Source of the DNA: Octopus sinensis
Taxonomy: Eukaryota
Direction: 5' to 3'
DNA length: 64,000 nucleotides
NCBI RefSeq assembly: GCF_006345805.1
Contig: NC_043000.1
Span: 69,378,001 to 69,442,000 of the forward strand
The position numbers and the translations under genes are program-made. Shown here piece after piece: positions 1 to 13,734 of this stretch. The notes under the pieces were generated by a model. It was given only the letters and a program-made list of their open reading frames with translations. It made no database searches and was not told the origin of the DNA. Every line of letters starts with the position of its first letter. Positions within the stretch are counted from its first letter, which is position 1.

Positions 1-937
1 AATATAAAAAATCTAACCTAAAATGCATGTTGTCTTAAACCTTTAATTCTATAAGTTGCTAAAATAAGTACAAATCTTATATTAGAGTGAATTTAACCGA
101 AAATATATCTCCTCCCCGTGTGTAGCTTTTGTAATGCGATTTTGTAAGAAATCGCTATTTCAACAGATACTTTTGTTACAAACTATGATATATTTTTCTC
201 TGGATTATTATCTTCCAAAAGACCAAATCCAATGCAAAACACATTTAGAATTGATTATAAGTATGGGTATTTTATAACACATACATGTTTCTATATTTGT
301 ACACAGACTTTATTAAATTTTAGCTAAAATAAAAAAAAATTAAATTCTCAATGATCTGAAACAAAATAAAATGAGATTTTTTTGAACGATGTAAAAAAAT
401 TTTTAAATCTATTTCAGTAGGTTTTTAAAATTTTGCAGTTGACGAATAAAATATCAATTTAGTGTAATGTCAGCAAAAAAATACGTAAGTAAAATTCTTC
501 TAAAGAAAGAAAAGAAGAAAGAAAGAAGATGAAAAGCAGTTGTTTTCAGTCTTAACGTCATACTAAAACTAACGTAAACAATTTATGCAAACATCTGTTT
601 GTTCCAACATCACCCCACCCAGACATGTTGCAGTCATGACAACAAAACATGAATGAAAATCTGTCAGAAAGTAAAGCATAGCTGGAATTGCACAAATATA
701 TATGATACGTGCCTCGGGTACTTGAACAAAACAAGCATAAAAATAAATAAAATACTGTCAAAACCCAATAGCGGTCATGTAACATTTCGTATTGCGATGC
801 GTCGGATTAGAGGTCGAAGGGTGGGGAGAAATATGTGAACGCTACAATTTCGGTGCGTCCTCCCACACGTTTGGAAGATATTTTGTTTCCTTTATACCAC
901 CCATTTAAAGAGTGATTAACAACAGCATGAAGTTGTC

Positions 938-945
938 TATATAAA
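938..945 (+). promoter_or_regulatory. Candidate TATA box of the VWA/mucin gene
   Basis: TATATAAA lies 80-120 nt upstream of the in-frame ATGs at 1018 and 1057 of predicted exon 1. Confidence 0.45.
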
Positions 946-1056
946 CGCTGCTTTCGTAGCTTATACACCATTATATACCGGCATTCAGAAGCATTAAAGA
1001 CGTGAACGTTCAGGAAAATGCTTACGACATCTTTTCGTGCAAACTCCGGCAATAGC

Positions 1057-1116
1057 ATGGGCTTCAAAGGACGACATCGAATAGTATTTCAACTAACCGT
1101 CCTCACTTTACTCTTT
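1057..1116 (+). CDS. Exon 1 of secreted VWA-mucin-VWA protein (signal peptide N-part, MGFKGRHRIVFQLTVLTLLF)
   Basis: ATG at 1057 (in-frame alternative ATG at 1018). Basic then hydrophobic signal-like peptide, ending at a canonical GTAAGT donor (1117), phase 0, matching exon 2. Confidence 0.7.
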
Positions 1117-1129
1117 GTAAGTAATTAAT

Positions 1130-1197
1130 TTCTTCTTCTTCTTCTTCTTCTTCTTCTTCTTCTTCTTCTTCTTCTTCTTCTTCTTCTCTTCTTCTTC
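1130..1197. repeat. (CTT)n microsatellite
   Basis: Direct reading, just inside intron 1. Confidence 0.95.
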
Positions 1198-2619
1198 TCC
1201 ACCTCAGTACTCATATTTTTATTGTCGATTTTTACTGTACTACCAGAGTGCAGTTTTGTACACTTTTGGTACTATGAGTGCTTTTATTTTTATTTTGTTT
1301 TGCATTTTGCGTTTCGTATCGTATTAACAGTTCTTTACGTAACATGTTTGCATTACTCAGTAGCGCTGCTTTTTGTATGGTGTACATATTTGTAAGTACT
1401 GAGGTTTGGGTTAGACATCTGTCTGAATTTGTTTTTAAGTATCCCTAAGGAACTTGTTGATGTTGTTCTTGTCTTCATCCAGATATATTTTATTTTTATT
1501 TTTAGATTTCCCACTCTCGTTATCTCTGTTTTCAGATCTTAATAAGGGGACAATTTTTCCATTGCCATTTATTCCTTTTATTTATGTCGCTTGACCGAGA
1601 GATAAATGAAGATGCCTAGGTCAGACTTAAGAAACAAATTTAGGCCAGTGTGATTTAGAAATGGACTTTAAAAAATCTGTCTCAGTGAGGTTGAGTATCT
1701 GACCATAAGGGATTGTATGCACTTCTGCTTCTTGAAAACAAGACATATTGTGCAGTGCATATGACTCATATGCTTCCAATGCCAACGCCAAGGGGACGCT
1801 GAGGCTAAAAGTATGTAAGCGCACATATGTAGAGATTCTTGGAATGTGAGAACGGTGAACAGATGTGGTCGACGATCGTGCAATACGACTTTCTACAGAT
1901 TATCTCTTATCCTGCTGTGGTATTGGAGGAAGTGCAGTCGGAGGTGGGCTTTCCGCATCCTGGATGTTACCAGACATTCACTACACTCATACTATCAACT
2001 GAACAATATAGGCAAAAGATATCTAACCCTTGAATTTTATTGGAGGTTAATGGAAGGTCTGAGTTATAATTCAGGACATGAACGAGGACAATCTCAGTTG
2101 TCATTTTTGGAGCACATTCAAGTTGGATATTATGGAAAATTTCCAGAAATTTTTAGCCTGACAGTGCTACAGAAGGTTTTTGGTCCTTCGCAATAATCAT
2201 AACAGACACGGTCGCATTCGAAGCATCAACAACTGATCATGTCCAAGGTACTGGTAGAATGATGAAACTGTCCAAAATACACTGGTCTAGATATACAGGG
2301 CACCGTTGATATGTAGGCTTATATCGAACAGCTGTTATCACGCAAAGGATGGACCCAAATATCAGGCGTGTCCGTCATGAAAATCGGACCTCTTCCTTCC
2401 TGGTAGAATCAGTTGGGAGTTTTGAGTACATAGCTTTTCTCAGTAGATCAATTCTTACTGATTTCTTCAAGTATCACTTAAATAGGAAGGTTAGTCTAGA
2501 GAAGAGCCAGGGTAGCAAAACTTGTATAGCTAAATGACCCACTCTAAGTGTGCGGCTACAGGTTTGCTGGAAGAATTGGGAAAAACACTTGTCTTTGAGA
2601 AATTAACGTAGTCAATGGT

Positions 2620-3077
2620 CGCATTTATCTTTTTCCATTGCTAGTTTCATTCAAGGGACTGCAGCCATGCTGGAACACCACCTTGAAGTGTTTTATCAAA
2701 CAAATGAACTCCCTACTTAGTTTTTAAGCCTGGTACTTATTTTATTGGTCTTTTTCTGCCGGGACGCAAACATATCAAAATCAGTTGTGAAGCGGAGGTG
2801 GGGGACAAACATATGTGCAAAAAATGCACACACACACACAACACACACAAACACATACAAACACACACACATACAAGCACACACAAACACACATACATAC
2901 ATACATTCATACATACACAGACGGGTATCTTTCTGTTTTCGTCTACTACATTCACTCACAAGGCTTTCATCGATCGCAGGCTATAGTAGAAAACACGTGC
3001 CTAAGGTGCCCAGCTGTGGGACAACCCAAAACTACATAGTTGGGAAGCAAACTTGTTACCAGACAACCACACCTGAC
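2620..3077 (-). mobile_element. tRNA-derived SINE, family 2
   Basis: Minus-strand head GTGGTTGTCTGGTAACAAGTTTGCTTCCCAACT...CTACTATAGCC with an internal (GT)n; homologous to 22587..22992. Confidence 0.7.
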
Positions 3078-3260
3078 ATAAGTCACTAAGTGTAGCTGTT
3101 TCTTTCCTTCTTGGAATAGTTTTATTCTCTAAAGTAATTGCAATTCATTATCTATCTGTTAATATGCCTTTAATTTTATATTAACCTACTCCTTCACTCG
3201 ATGTAAATTGCAGCAGTTTTGTTTTTGTACTGTCCCCATTGTGGCCAACGAAAGGAATAA

Positions 3261-3541
3261 CGTGCTGGCAGAATCATTAGCACGCCGGGCGAAATACTTA
3301 GCGATATTTCGTCTGCCGCTACGTTCTGAGTTCAAATTCCGCCGAGGTCGACTTTGCCTTTCATCCTTTCGGGGTCGATTAAATAAGTACCAGTTACGCA
3401 CTGGGGTCGATATACTCGATTAATACGTGTGTCTGTCCTTGTTTGTCCTCTCTGTGTTTAGCCCCTTGTGGGTAGTAAAGAAATAGGTATTTCGCTCATT
3501 GTTGCCCTCTGAGTTTAAATTCCGCAGAGGCCGACTTTGCC
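3261..3541 (+). mobile_element. tRNA-derived SINE, family 1, plus a partial second copy
   Basis: A-box-like TGGCAGAATCATT, B-box GAGTTCAAATTCC, core GGTCGACTTTGCCTTTCATCCTTTCGGGGTCGAT; many homologues in the window. Confidence 0.85.
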
Positions 3542-3685
<144 letters not shown>

Positions 3686-5259
3686 CCAGTAGTTTTATTT
3701 TTATAGTGTGCTTTCACTTCACTACCGAGTGCAGCTCTATGTGCCTTGGGTATGTGCTGTGATTTGTTGTGATGCTCTGATGGTTATTGTATGGAAAGTG
3801 TTCTTCGGAGGATGTGTGCAGTGCCTAGTAGTGCAATTTTCTGTATGTTATATGTGTTTATAAGTTCTGGTGTTTTTGTTATGTATTTGTCTGAATATTT
3901 TTTTATCATGCCTAATGCACCTACTATGATAGGAATTGTTTCTGTTTTTAGATTCCACATTCTGGTTACTTCTATTTCCAGGCCTTTGTATTTTGAGAGT
4001 TTCTCCATTTCTTTTAGAGACACGTTGTCATCTGCCGGTTTTGATACATCAATTAGAAAGCATTTTTTTCTTCATGATCACTGATAACTATATCTGGCCT
4101 GTTGGCCTTAATTTCTCTATCTGTGTGTATCGGCATATCCCAGAGTATGGTTGCTTTCTCGTTTTCTGTGACCTTTTCTGGAGTGTGCCTATACCATCTT
4201 TTTTCTGTTGTTATTCCATAATGTTGGCATAGCTTCCAGTGTATGTAGGTTCCAACTCTGTCATGTCTGTGAATATATTCCTTCTTAGCCAGGACTGGGC
4301 AGCCAGAGATAATATGATTTATTGTTTCTTGTCCATCTCCACATATTCTGCAGTTACTTGTAATATTTCTTTTCATTACATGTTTTTGGTAATTTCTGGT
4401 GGGGAGGCTTTGGTCTTGTGCTGCAATTAAAAATCCTTCTGTCTCTGCTTTGAGTCCTGAGCTTCTCAACCATTGCTGGGATTTTTCTTTGTCTATTTCT
4501 TTTGCGTTTAGTTTAGTCCAGTATTTACCATGAAGGGACTTTCTTGCCATCGTTTTATCATGGTTCGTTGATGTTCTATTTTTAGTTTGGATTTAATTTG
4601 TTTTATAGTTTTTGTTGTTTCTTCATCTTCTTCTTCTTTTTATATTTATTAGGTGGTATGATTTCTTGTTTGTATTTGTCAGCTTCCTTAAATACTGAGA
4701 ACAGTTTTTTGTTTTGCTCGTGTTTTGCCGCTATTTGTATCAGATTTCCTTCCTTCTGAAGTATATTTTTTTGCAGTCCTATGGTGGTTATTTTATAGTA
4801 GTTTTCCAGTTGTATAAGGCCTCTACCACCTTCTATACGTTGTATATATAGTCTTTCTATGTCAGATTTTGGGTGATGCATCCTAAATCCTGTCATTATT
4901 TTTCTTGTTTTCCTATCTATTTTGGTCAGTTCGTTTAGTGTCCAGTTAAGGATATTGTAGCTGTAACTTATAACTGGGACAGCTTAAGTGTTAATACCTA
5001 TTATCTTGGTTTTTAGCATTGAGCTCTGTTTTTAGTATTGATCTAATTCGTCTATGATATTCTTTTTTTATTTTCTCTTTCATTTGTGTGTGTTGTGTCT
5101 TATCTAGTTCATGGATTCCTAAGTATTTGTAAGTTTGACTTTGGTCTAATTCTTTTATTTCATTGGTTTTTATCTAGTGTGATGTTGCTACTCTTAACTA
5201 GTTTCCCTCTTTTCATGGTTACTTTGGCGCATTTTTCTAATCCAAATTTCATATCTATT
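3686..5259 (-). mobile_element. 5'-truncated R4/Dong-clade non-LTR retrotransposon, family A (RT C-terminus + RLE endonuclease)
   Basis: Frameshifted ORFs with FGLEKC, HPKSDIERLY..GGRGL, the CCHC-type knuckle CRIC..ETINHIISGC, RHD and RPDIV..LIDVS..KY. (TTA)n on both sides. Confidence 0.92.
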
Positions 5260-5272
5260 ATTATTATTATTA

Positions 5273-5335
<63 letters not shown>

Positions 5336-5564
5336 TATTATTATTATTATTACTCAGTACTTCATTGCAAGTTTCTATCATACCAACTGGTGCACTTTTC
5401 TGTTCCAGAAATGTGTGCAGAATTGCATTTCGGAATGTAGAATTCTGTTTGTGCTCTAAATTAGCTTTGCTTGTTGCGGCTTTTAGTTTCTTGTTACTGG
5501 TGCTAATTTTTGTATGTTGTGTAGAGTATATGTAATGTATGTTGTGTTGGTGGTTATATTATTC

Positions 5565-5830
5565 GGTTCACGATCGTAAGGTCGTGAGTTCGATTCCTAG
5601 CGGTGCATTCTGCCTTTGAAGAAGACACTTTATTGCTCGAGGTCACTCAGCTAGCAAAAATTAGTGGCAGCTGTAGCCCAAAGAGCCAGCCTCATCCCAT
5701 TCTGTATCATGCTAAATTTCATTGAGAACTATGTTAAGAGTGCGCGTGTCTGTCGAGTGCTCAGCCACTTGCACGTTAATTTCACGTTGACAGCTCAACT
5801 GGAGCCCTCGTTGTCGTAATCGACGTGGTG
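5565..5830 (+). mobile_element. tRNA-like SINE, family 3
   Basis: B-box-like GAGTTCGATTCC in a tRNA-like head (CACGATCGTAAGGTCGTG...). Confidence 0.5.
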
Positions 5831-6148
5831 CTACATACACATGTATGCATGTATATATATCATTAATCAGTTTATTTCAAGATTTCTTGTGAATAGAGAA
5901 AAAATCGGCTTCTTATCTGGATTCAACATCAACAACAGCGCATTTTTGTATGTGACGAGCATCGTCCCGTCTCCTCTGTATGTATGTATGTATGTATGTA
6001 TGTATGTATGTATGTATGTATGTATGTATTATGTATGTATGTATGAATGAATATGCAGATTTGTATGTTTTATGTATGATTTCTCATGCGCGTAGTTGCA
6101 TATCTAGACATACTCATATATGTTTAAGTGATAAACTTCTGGAAAGTT

Positions 6149-6475
6149 TTACAGATTTTTTGTTCCCGTGATGGATTGGATCTGTGGTCTTCGAATTAGC
6201 TTCCTTCTTTCTGGTTTTGAGAAGCCTAATTTCTCAAGATTGGTATTTAGGCAGTGTGTTACATATCCCAGGGCCCCAATAATTACAGGTATAAACATGA
6301 ACTTGTAATCTGGATAGAGTAACTGCAAATTTCTCAATAGTTCAGCATAGGTTTTCTCATTTTAACTGACCTTCAGCTTTATGCTAACATCCGATGGGCA
6401 GCTAATTTCGACAACTGTGCAGTTTCTCTTCTCTATCTCAAGTCATCATATCAGGTCAGTTGTGCTTGCATTTTA
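6149..6475 (-). mobile_element. Degraded RLE-type LINE 3' fragment
   Basis: YKFMFIPVIIGALG motif resembles the IPIIVGALG endonuclease tail of the R4/Dong copies. Confidence 0.6.
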
Positions 6476-6780
6476 TGTATGTATGTATGTATGCATGTAT
6501 GCCATTATTCAGTTATATTTCAAGATTTATTGTTAATATCCAAGGCTTCTTCATTGCAATTTCAACTACATCAACAAGGTTTTTTTTATACGTATGTATG
6601 TATATGTGCAGAAATGATTGATTGCTTCTCTCTCTGTCTTTCTCTCTATCTATCTATCTATGAATATATTTGTATATATATACATATATGTGTGTGTGTG
6701 TGTGCGTGAGAGTGTGAGTATAAATGTATAAATAGGAATGCATGTGTACCAGCATATATATGTAGTATGTAAATGTATGT

Positions 6781-6839
<59 letters not shown>

Positions 6840-7700
6840 CAGGGTTGGCCATTAGTGCCCCAACTTGAGTTTTTGAAAAATAATACATGAAATGCAATGG
6901 AAATGAAAAAAAGGAACATGTAATACACCTACAATGTTTACATAAAACACGAAGAGAACATGAATTTGACAAGTCATTCAAAGTGACGGCTGTTCGGTAC
7001 TATGCATGACTAGTAACGTCTGGCCAAACTGGCGAATGTATTTCTTCACACTTGTTCGGAAAGTTGACTGAGACATACAGTTACTTGTTGTTCCAATTGG
7101 TTTAAATTATGGATCGTTTCCTTATAGACTTGATCTCAGAGGTATTCCAAGAAAAAAAGTCAAACGCAGTTAAATCTGGAGACCTTGCTGGATATTCACA
7201 AAAACTGCCGCGACGTCCAATCTTATGATTTCGTAGGTGCTGATCGAGTAAGTTTCTTACACGTTTGTCATAATGAGGAGTTGCTCCATCTGGCACAAAG
7301 ATTTTGGAATGACGCTATCGAAAATACAGCCAGATGATGTTTTCACACAACGTCAGATAACGATCACCATTCATCATCTCTTGTTGAAAATGGAATGCAC
7401 AAATTGCTGAAGACGATATCGCCGCCCAAATCACAAGAGAAAGTGAATTGACGTGCTTTTTCTAAACCACTTCAGGGTCATCTTCTGAATAATTGAACAG
7501 CTATGGCGCTATGGCGGTTGTTGCGTCATCAAAGAAAATGAACCGGTCAAAAAATCTGGAATCTCTGAATTCTGCCAGCATTCTCTTACAAAATTCGACA
7601 CGTCGAATAATCAATGACATAGAAACAATAACAGCATGCATCACGAAACTACAGAACTAATAGACACATATAATTGGGACACATAAAGTTGGGGCACTAA
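6840..7700 (-). mobile_element. Degraded Tc1/mariner-superfamily DNA transposon
   Basis: DGATPH...IGRRG...YPARSPDLTAFDFFSW transposase motif. Inverted repeats ATTAGTGCCCCAACTT / AAGTTGGGGCACTAAT. Starts TA|CAGGG. Confidence 0.8.
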
Positions 7701-7978
7701 TATATAATATATATATACACACACACACACAAAGTAGATCTTTTGTCTGGGGGCCCAGTTCATGTTCTTGAACCACAGACAGGAGATAAAATGTTTTTAC
7801 TTCAAATTTTTATAAATTTTTACAGATATTTGATAAGATGAGATACATCGAAACCGGTAATATCTTCTATATAAAATAAAATTTTTATTTTATTAAATTC
7901 CTGCTTAAATTGAAATCTGTGCTATTTCTACATCCATCTGTAATATATATATATATATAAGTATATACATATATATAT

Positions 7979-8058
<80 letters not shown>

Positions 8059-8097
8059 GTATATATGTATATATATATATATGTGTGTGTGTGTGTA

Positions 8098-8940
8098 TTG
8101 GGTCATCCCATAAACAATGTGGTTTTTTATACTTTTACTTTTCAAAATTAAGAAAAACAAAGTTCATTTTTAATCTAAAACATACTCTCCTTTATTTTTT
8201 ACAATGCGCTTCCATCTATTTGGTAGACCTGTAAAGCCCGTCTTCCAAAATTCACTTGCCCATTCTGACCTCTAGTACCGTTCTGAACTCGCCTACAGAA
8301 TTCATCTATTTTCCGTCCAAATGATTTTGAAGACTGCGGAATAAATGAGAATGAGATAGGGCAATGTCGGGTGAAAAATGGTGGGCGAGGTATCGTTTTC
8401 CATCCAAACTGCTGCAGCCTTTAGAATGCATTCCTCGCTGTATGTGGCCGAGCATTATCCCAATGGAAGGGCACCTTTCATCTTGAAACCAAAGATGGCT
8501 GTTTTCCTTCTGGCGCTGACTTAAGCCGCTCAAGCTACTCGCAGTAGATCTCCTTTCTTATCTCTTGGTTTGGGCTTAAAAGTTCAAAGTGGAATAAACC
8601 TTTCATATCCTATCAAACAGATAACGACACCTTACATAGATGAAGACCATCTTTAGCCTGGGGTACCGGTGTTTCTCCTTTCTCAACCCTCTTTCTGTTG
8701 TGTTGTTACTTTATTGAACTCATAAAGCAAAATATGCCGAATATGCTCTTTGTTGCTTCCATTATAGCTTTGAAAAAAATAACTGTTAAAATCGAACTGC
8801 ACTCTTCAAAACTTGCTCTAAGAATAAGATCCAGATAAAGTTACAACTTGCTTTTATAGCAGGTTGATGCAGGTAGTTTATCCCGTCCCCCTCCGACATT
8901 TAGTTCATGCAATTGAAAAAACTGCATTATTTATGGGATG

Positions 8941-8946
<6 letters not shown>
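8098..8946 (-). mobile_element. Internally deleted mariner with TIRs and TA target-site duplication
   Basis: TIRs TTGGGTCATCCCATAAACAATGTGGTTTTT / AAAAACTGCATTATTTATGGGATGACCTTA. Relic FSPDIALSHSHLFRSLQNHLDG. Confidence 0.85.
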
Positions 8947-8978
<32 letters not shown>

Positions 8979-10324
8979 TAAATACATACATACATATGCA
9001 TATATAAGCATGTAAACACACACACGTATCCATAAGCAGATATAGACACATGCACATAGATATCACGATGGCCGTATACACATCTGTTAATGTATATCTT
9101 GCTAATTCGGAGTCGTGTTTCTAGCAATCGCAGCAGGAAACAGCCTTATTTGAAGTTGCTACTTATATAGGAAAGTCGAGGAAATATTTAACTTATATAT
9201 TAATGCATAAACTAACACCTAACTATAATTGGAGATGCCGAAAATATCAAGTAATCTTAAACGATATGTATGATTATATATAGATAAGAAATAAATCTTT
9301 AAAACAATACCTGTAATAAACGGAGTTGAGATTAAAAAATAATTTCCAATCAACCAACAGAAATGATTTTAGTGATAACAGAAATCAAATACCTTGCAAA
9401 TAGAACAAGATTATGTGCGTGTGTGTGTGTGCGTGCGCGCGCGTGTGTGTGCGTGTGTGTGTGTATGTGTGTGTGTCTAAAGCATCTCAGCAAAAGCTCC
9501 CTCGAGAACTTTCACAATGCACTTATTTTGGAAAGAAAAACACTATATTATGGCGGTTTATAAGCAGAGAGGGTAGAGCGACTATACATTTCGCACATGT
9601 ATGATCCTAAGAAAGTTTTAATAGTACTTATTTCTAAGTATGATAAGGCAGTTAGATGAAAAAAGCAAGAAAATACTTTGCGTGATTTTGTTAAGTTCTT
9701 TCTGTCCTGAGTTTGAGTTCCATTAATGTGTCATTTGCCTTCTTCTTTTTGGAACGTTAACATAAATATTAGACAGCTACTGAGGTCTATATGACAATTG
9801 CTCCCATGTGGATCAAGTTAAAATTCTTAAGTTCGGTGATCAGTTTAATCGCCTATATCCCACAAATCTGTAGCATGTTTTAGACATTATTTTTACAATT
9901 ACTACAAGTTTAGATCACAGGATCACTGGTAAAAGAAGTTAAATTGCATTGCGGTAATTAGTCACGTTCCTCACCGTTGTGTCCACATCTCACCAGAGTT
10001 GATTTCCTTTTATCTTTTGAGTCTTGATAAAAGTGTTGCAGTCAAAACACTGTGTTACCCTCCAAAATATATGACCGAAGATCTGTATTAAAGATGAGAA
10101 CTGTGGGTGACAGAATCGGTAGAGCATCGGAAAAATTACCTTGATGTATTTATTCAAAGTTTTAACGTTCTTTGTTCCAACCCCACCAAAGTTAAATTTG
10201 CCTTTCATATTTCTGAAGTCGAAAAAATAAAGTACTTGTCAAATACTGGAGTCAGCATAATGGAATCTTCTCCTCCATCCGAATTTGTGCTTATACTGGA
10301 AGTCATTATTATCACTATATTACA

Positions 10325-10520
10325 AGGCAGTGAACTGGCAGAACCGTTAGCAATCAGGCGAAATTTTTGGCGGCATTTCTTCCGGCTTTACAATCTGAAT
10401 TCAAATTCTCTGAGATCGACTTTGCCTTTCACCCTTTTGGTGACGATGAAATAAGTATCAGCAAAGTGCAGGGATCGAAGTAATCGACAAGCCCCTCACA
10501 ATTTTAGGCATTGTAACAAT
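10325..10520 (+). mobile_element. SINE family 1 copy
   Basis: GGCAGTGAACTGGCAGAACCGTTAG...GAATTCAAATTC...TCGACTTTGCCTTTC. Confidence 0.75.
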
Positions 10521-10664
10521 AAAAAAAGAGTATAAAGCTCCTTCCCGAGTCGTTTTAGACTCATAAGATTGTTTTCGCAGTTTCCGTGACATATATCATT
10601 TCCCCATTGGTCTGGACGCCGGTTCGCCGCAGCATTCTTGTAACTATAGTAGAAAGGTTTATTG

Positions 10665-10885
10665 AAGGCGGTGAGTTGGCAGAATCGTTAGCGCGTCGGG
10701 CAAAATGCTTCGAGGCATTTTGTCCGTCTTTACGTTCTGAGTCTAAATTCTGCTGAAGCCGACTTAGCCTTTCATCCTTTCGGAGTCGATAACGAAAGTA
10801 CTAGTTGAATACTGGGGTCAATGTACTCGACTTAACACCTTCCTCATAAATGCTGTCCTTATCCCATAATTTGAAGCCATTATTA
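10665..10885 (+). mobile_element. SINE family 1 copy
   Basis: GGCGGTGAGTTGGCAGAATCGTTAGC...GCCTTTCATCCTTTCGGAGTCGAT, with a short (ATT) tail. Confidence 0.8.
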
Positions 10886-11361
10886 TTGTGTATTGAAGTG
10901 TTTAGTGTTTCCGAAATAGTTACGGGAAAATTTGGACTTTACCACAACAAAGGGGACATGGGATTGCAAATCACACCTCTTTGTATTTATAAATACATTT
11001 TAATTTTGCTGAGTCTGCTTTATGTATTATCAAAATTACAAAAGTTAGCGTAAGAAAAAGAAATCACTTAGTTTAATTGTATATCATTGGTCACTACGTT
11101 TAAATACAAATGGTTAAGAAAGATGATCGAATTCGGTGGATAGCAGTAAATATTTAAATGCTGTGTGAGTGAGATTAGCATAGAAAAACTATTCTCAAGG
11201 CATTTCAAGAAAAATCAACCAAATTAGAAGAGATTATAATTGATTTTATGCCCATAAATTTACATGAATATTATATGCAAAATATGTGTTCATTAATAAA
11301 TTTCCAATTCAAATTTATTTCACAAAATACTAGTGTTATTTTATATTTTTTTTATTGACAG

Positions 11362-11389
11362 ATTACAGCTTACAGTTATCCAACAAGAC
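11362..11389 (+). CDS. Exon 2, 28-nt microexon (ITAYSYPTR + 1 nt), completing the signal peptide
   Basis: Poly-T tract plus TTGACAG acceptor and GTAAGT donor. Phase 0 in and phase 1 out link exon 1 to the VWA exon in frame. Confidence 0.7.
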
Positions 11390-13050
11390 GTAAGTATTAA
11401 AAGTTTTCAAAATTAAAATATTTATTAATGCTACTCCCATGATACAGGCTACATTCCCAGATGACTTCTCATATTCGATAACATGAAATCTTTTTTAGAG
11501 AAATTGAACGCATTTCTAATATTCTAAATAATATCACTGTGAGAAGGCAACTTTATTAAACAAAATATTATCGCAAAGGACTTATAAGTGGCGATAAATG
11601 CTAGAATTGACACATAGATATTTTGTTTCATAATTAATATTGGGTCAGTGTGTGTAAGAATTAATAGTTCTAATTCATTGCCCAGCCTCGGCGAAATAAA
11701 TTTTATTTCATCTCACCGAAAGGAAGAGATTGGGTCTAATGAAACCCATGAAACTGTTTCAGTTGTTTTTGTTTTAAAATAACACTTCAGAGGCGGTGCT
11801 TAAACAGGGCCTTGACTGTCTTAAACAAAATTTGAAATGCTTGAATATTCGTGAAGTACGATGAGCCAGGAAGCAGGAATTCTTGTGAAATATCAAATGT
11901 GGGTAAATATTTTTTCGGAATCATTTAAGCTTCGGACAAAATACCTTGCGGTAATTCTTTCAGATCTTTGCGTTTCTGAGTTTAGCTTTTGCTTTTCATT
12001 CTCATGGGGTTGAATAAATAAATTACCAATCAAGCACTAGAGTTGATGGTATCGACTAAACACCTTCCCTCAAAATTGATGACCTTCTACCTAAATTAGA
12101 ACCAGGACTATTGTTGTTGCTGGTTGCGGTGAGGTTGCAATTTTGCATACAGCGACAACCTTCATACGTAAGATTAGCTTCTGTTGCAGATCTTAAACAT
12201 TAGGAAATTTCCCTAAGTTCTGAGAGATGTATTGTTATGTTGGAACAAACACTTTGATTTAGAAGCACTGCTTTTCCTTGTATTCTGTCACTGCCTTATC
12301 TGATCCATTAATGTTGATCTCTCTGTCTCCATCCATTGACACATTTAAAAGTATGTCATTGTTTGACATACCATTTTTGTTTAATTTTTAGTCTTTTCCC
12401 GATTTCTGTTGTTTCCACTTTCTCCTTACCATTCTGTTATTTCAGCTTCTGTTTTTGTTATTGTTGGCTTCCTTGGAGAAAACAGCGTTTTGCTTTGTTC
12501 ATACAAGTAGCATTTTGTATTATTTTCCTGTTATTCATTTTTATTCATTTTCATAGCCTTACAGCGCATATTTTGTAGCTTCATAGTTATGCAAGAACTT
12601 TTTCAGTTCACGGAAAAAATAATCTTTGCTAGATTTTTGGAGGTTCTTTCTATATGAGGTCATTCGCTCTCATTCTTTTTCTGTCTTATGTTACTAATCA
12701 TTTACAATATTACAATTATAGCTGATTATTACAATGGCTTGAGTATTTTAGCCTGTTACTGAAATTTTTACATTTTGCTCTGTTTTAAGCATTAACCTAA
12801 CGCGTTTGTCATATATCATATTTAGCATTTTCTTTCATTGATGTGGCACTTGGATGTTATTGTTCTTTTATTTCTGTTTAACGAGTTTAATAAGAATAAA
12901 TAATGTGCAATCAACTATACACCTCCTCTAGAATTGCTTCCTTCTGTGATCAAAATTAGAAGGCATCGACAAAATAATTAATGTTACTATTGTTATTATT
13001 ATTACCTTTAGTAAAATATAAATATTCAAAGGAGCATCTTTCTTTTGCAG

Positions 13051-13614
13051 GTTGTATTGGCAAAGCAGCAAATATAATGCTGTTGATGGATTCATCTAGC
13101 AGTATTTGGATTGTGGATTACAAAAAGCAATTAGATTTTGCACAAACCCTAGTTGACAACTTCGATATTGGTCCATCTGACACACAAGTTAGAATGGGAG
13201 CGATCACATTTAGTAATAGAGCTCATTTAGAATTCTCTATGGACAGATATACTGACAGCAAGAATCTAAAGAGAGCTCTTGGCAACATTCCTTACAGATC
13301 CGGACAAACGAACACAGCTGAAGCTTTACAATTGTTGAAGAAAGAAATACAGCCCAAGCTAAGTATATATAAATCACCTTTCATGGCAATCGTCATTACA
13401 GACGGCAGGTCACGTGATACAATGGCAACATCACTGGCAGCCAAGGAATTGCACGAATTGGGTGTTCATGTTTATGCGATTGGCGTCGGAAGCAACTGTG
13501 ATATCAACGAATTAAAATCAATAGTGAGTGACCGGACTAAGAATGTACGTCTCGTAGACAGTTATTCAGCGTTACAAGGAATTGCAATATCATTTGGGGT
13601 AAAAACATGCCAAG
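13051..13614 (+). CDS. Exon 3: von Willebrand factor A (VWA) domain, matrilin/collagen-VI-like
   Basis: TTTTGCAG acceptor and G|GTAGGA donor, both phase 1. MIDAS motif LMDSSSS, plus GQTNT and VITDGRS; VYAIGVG; Cys residues at both ends of the domain (CIGK...KTCQ). Confidence 0.93.
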
Positions 13615-13734
13615 GTAGGAGTCAATTTATTTTACTTTATTTTTATTCTACAAGCTCTGTAATGCTTTTGAGGATATCAGAATATATAGAAAATATAATG
13701 TTCTTATTCATATTATTGGAGGTCGAGACACAAA

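Noticed and set aside
1560-2560. Higher-complexity block with several short ORFs in intron 1
   Set aside because: No recognisable motif or consistent splice signals; probably an old repeat.
3261-3345. tRNA genes at A/B-box motifs
   Set aside because: These are SINE heads; no cloverleaf, and they continue into a shared SINE body.
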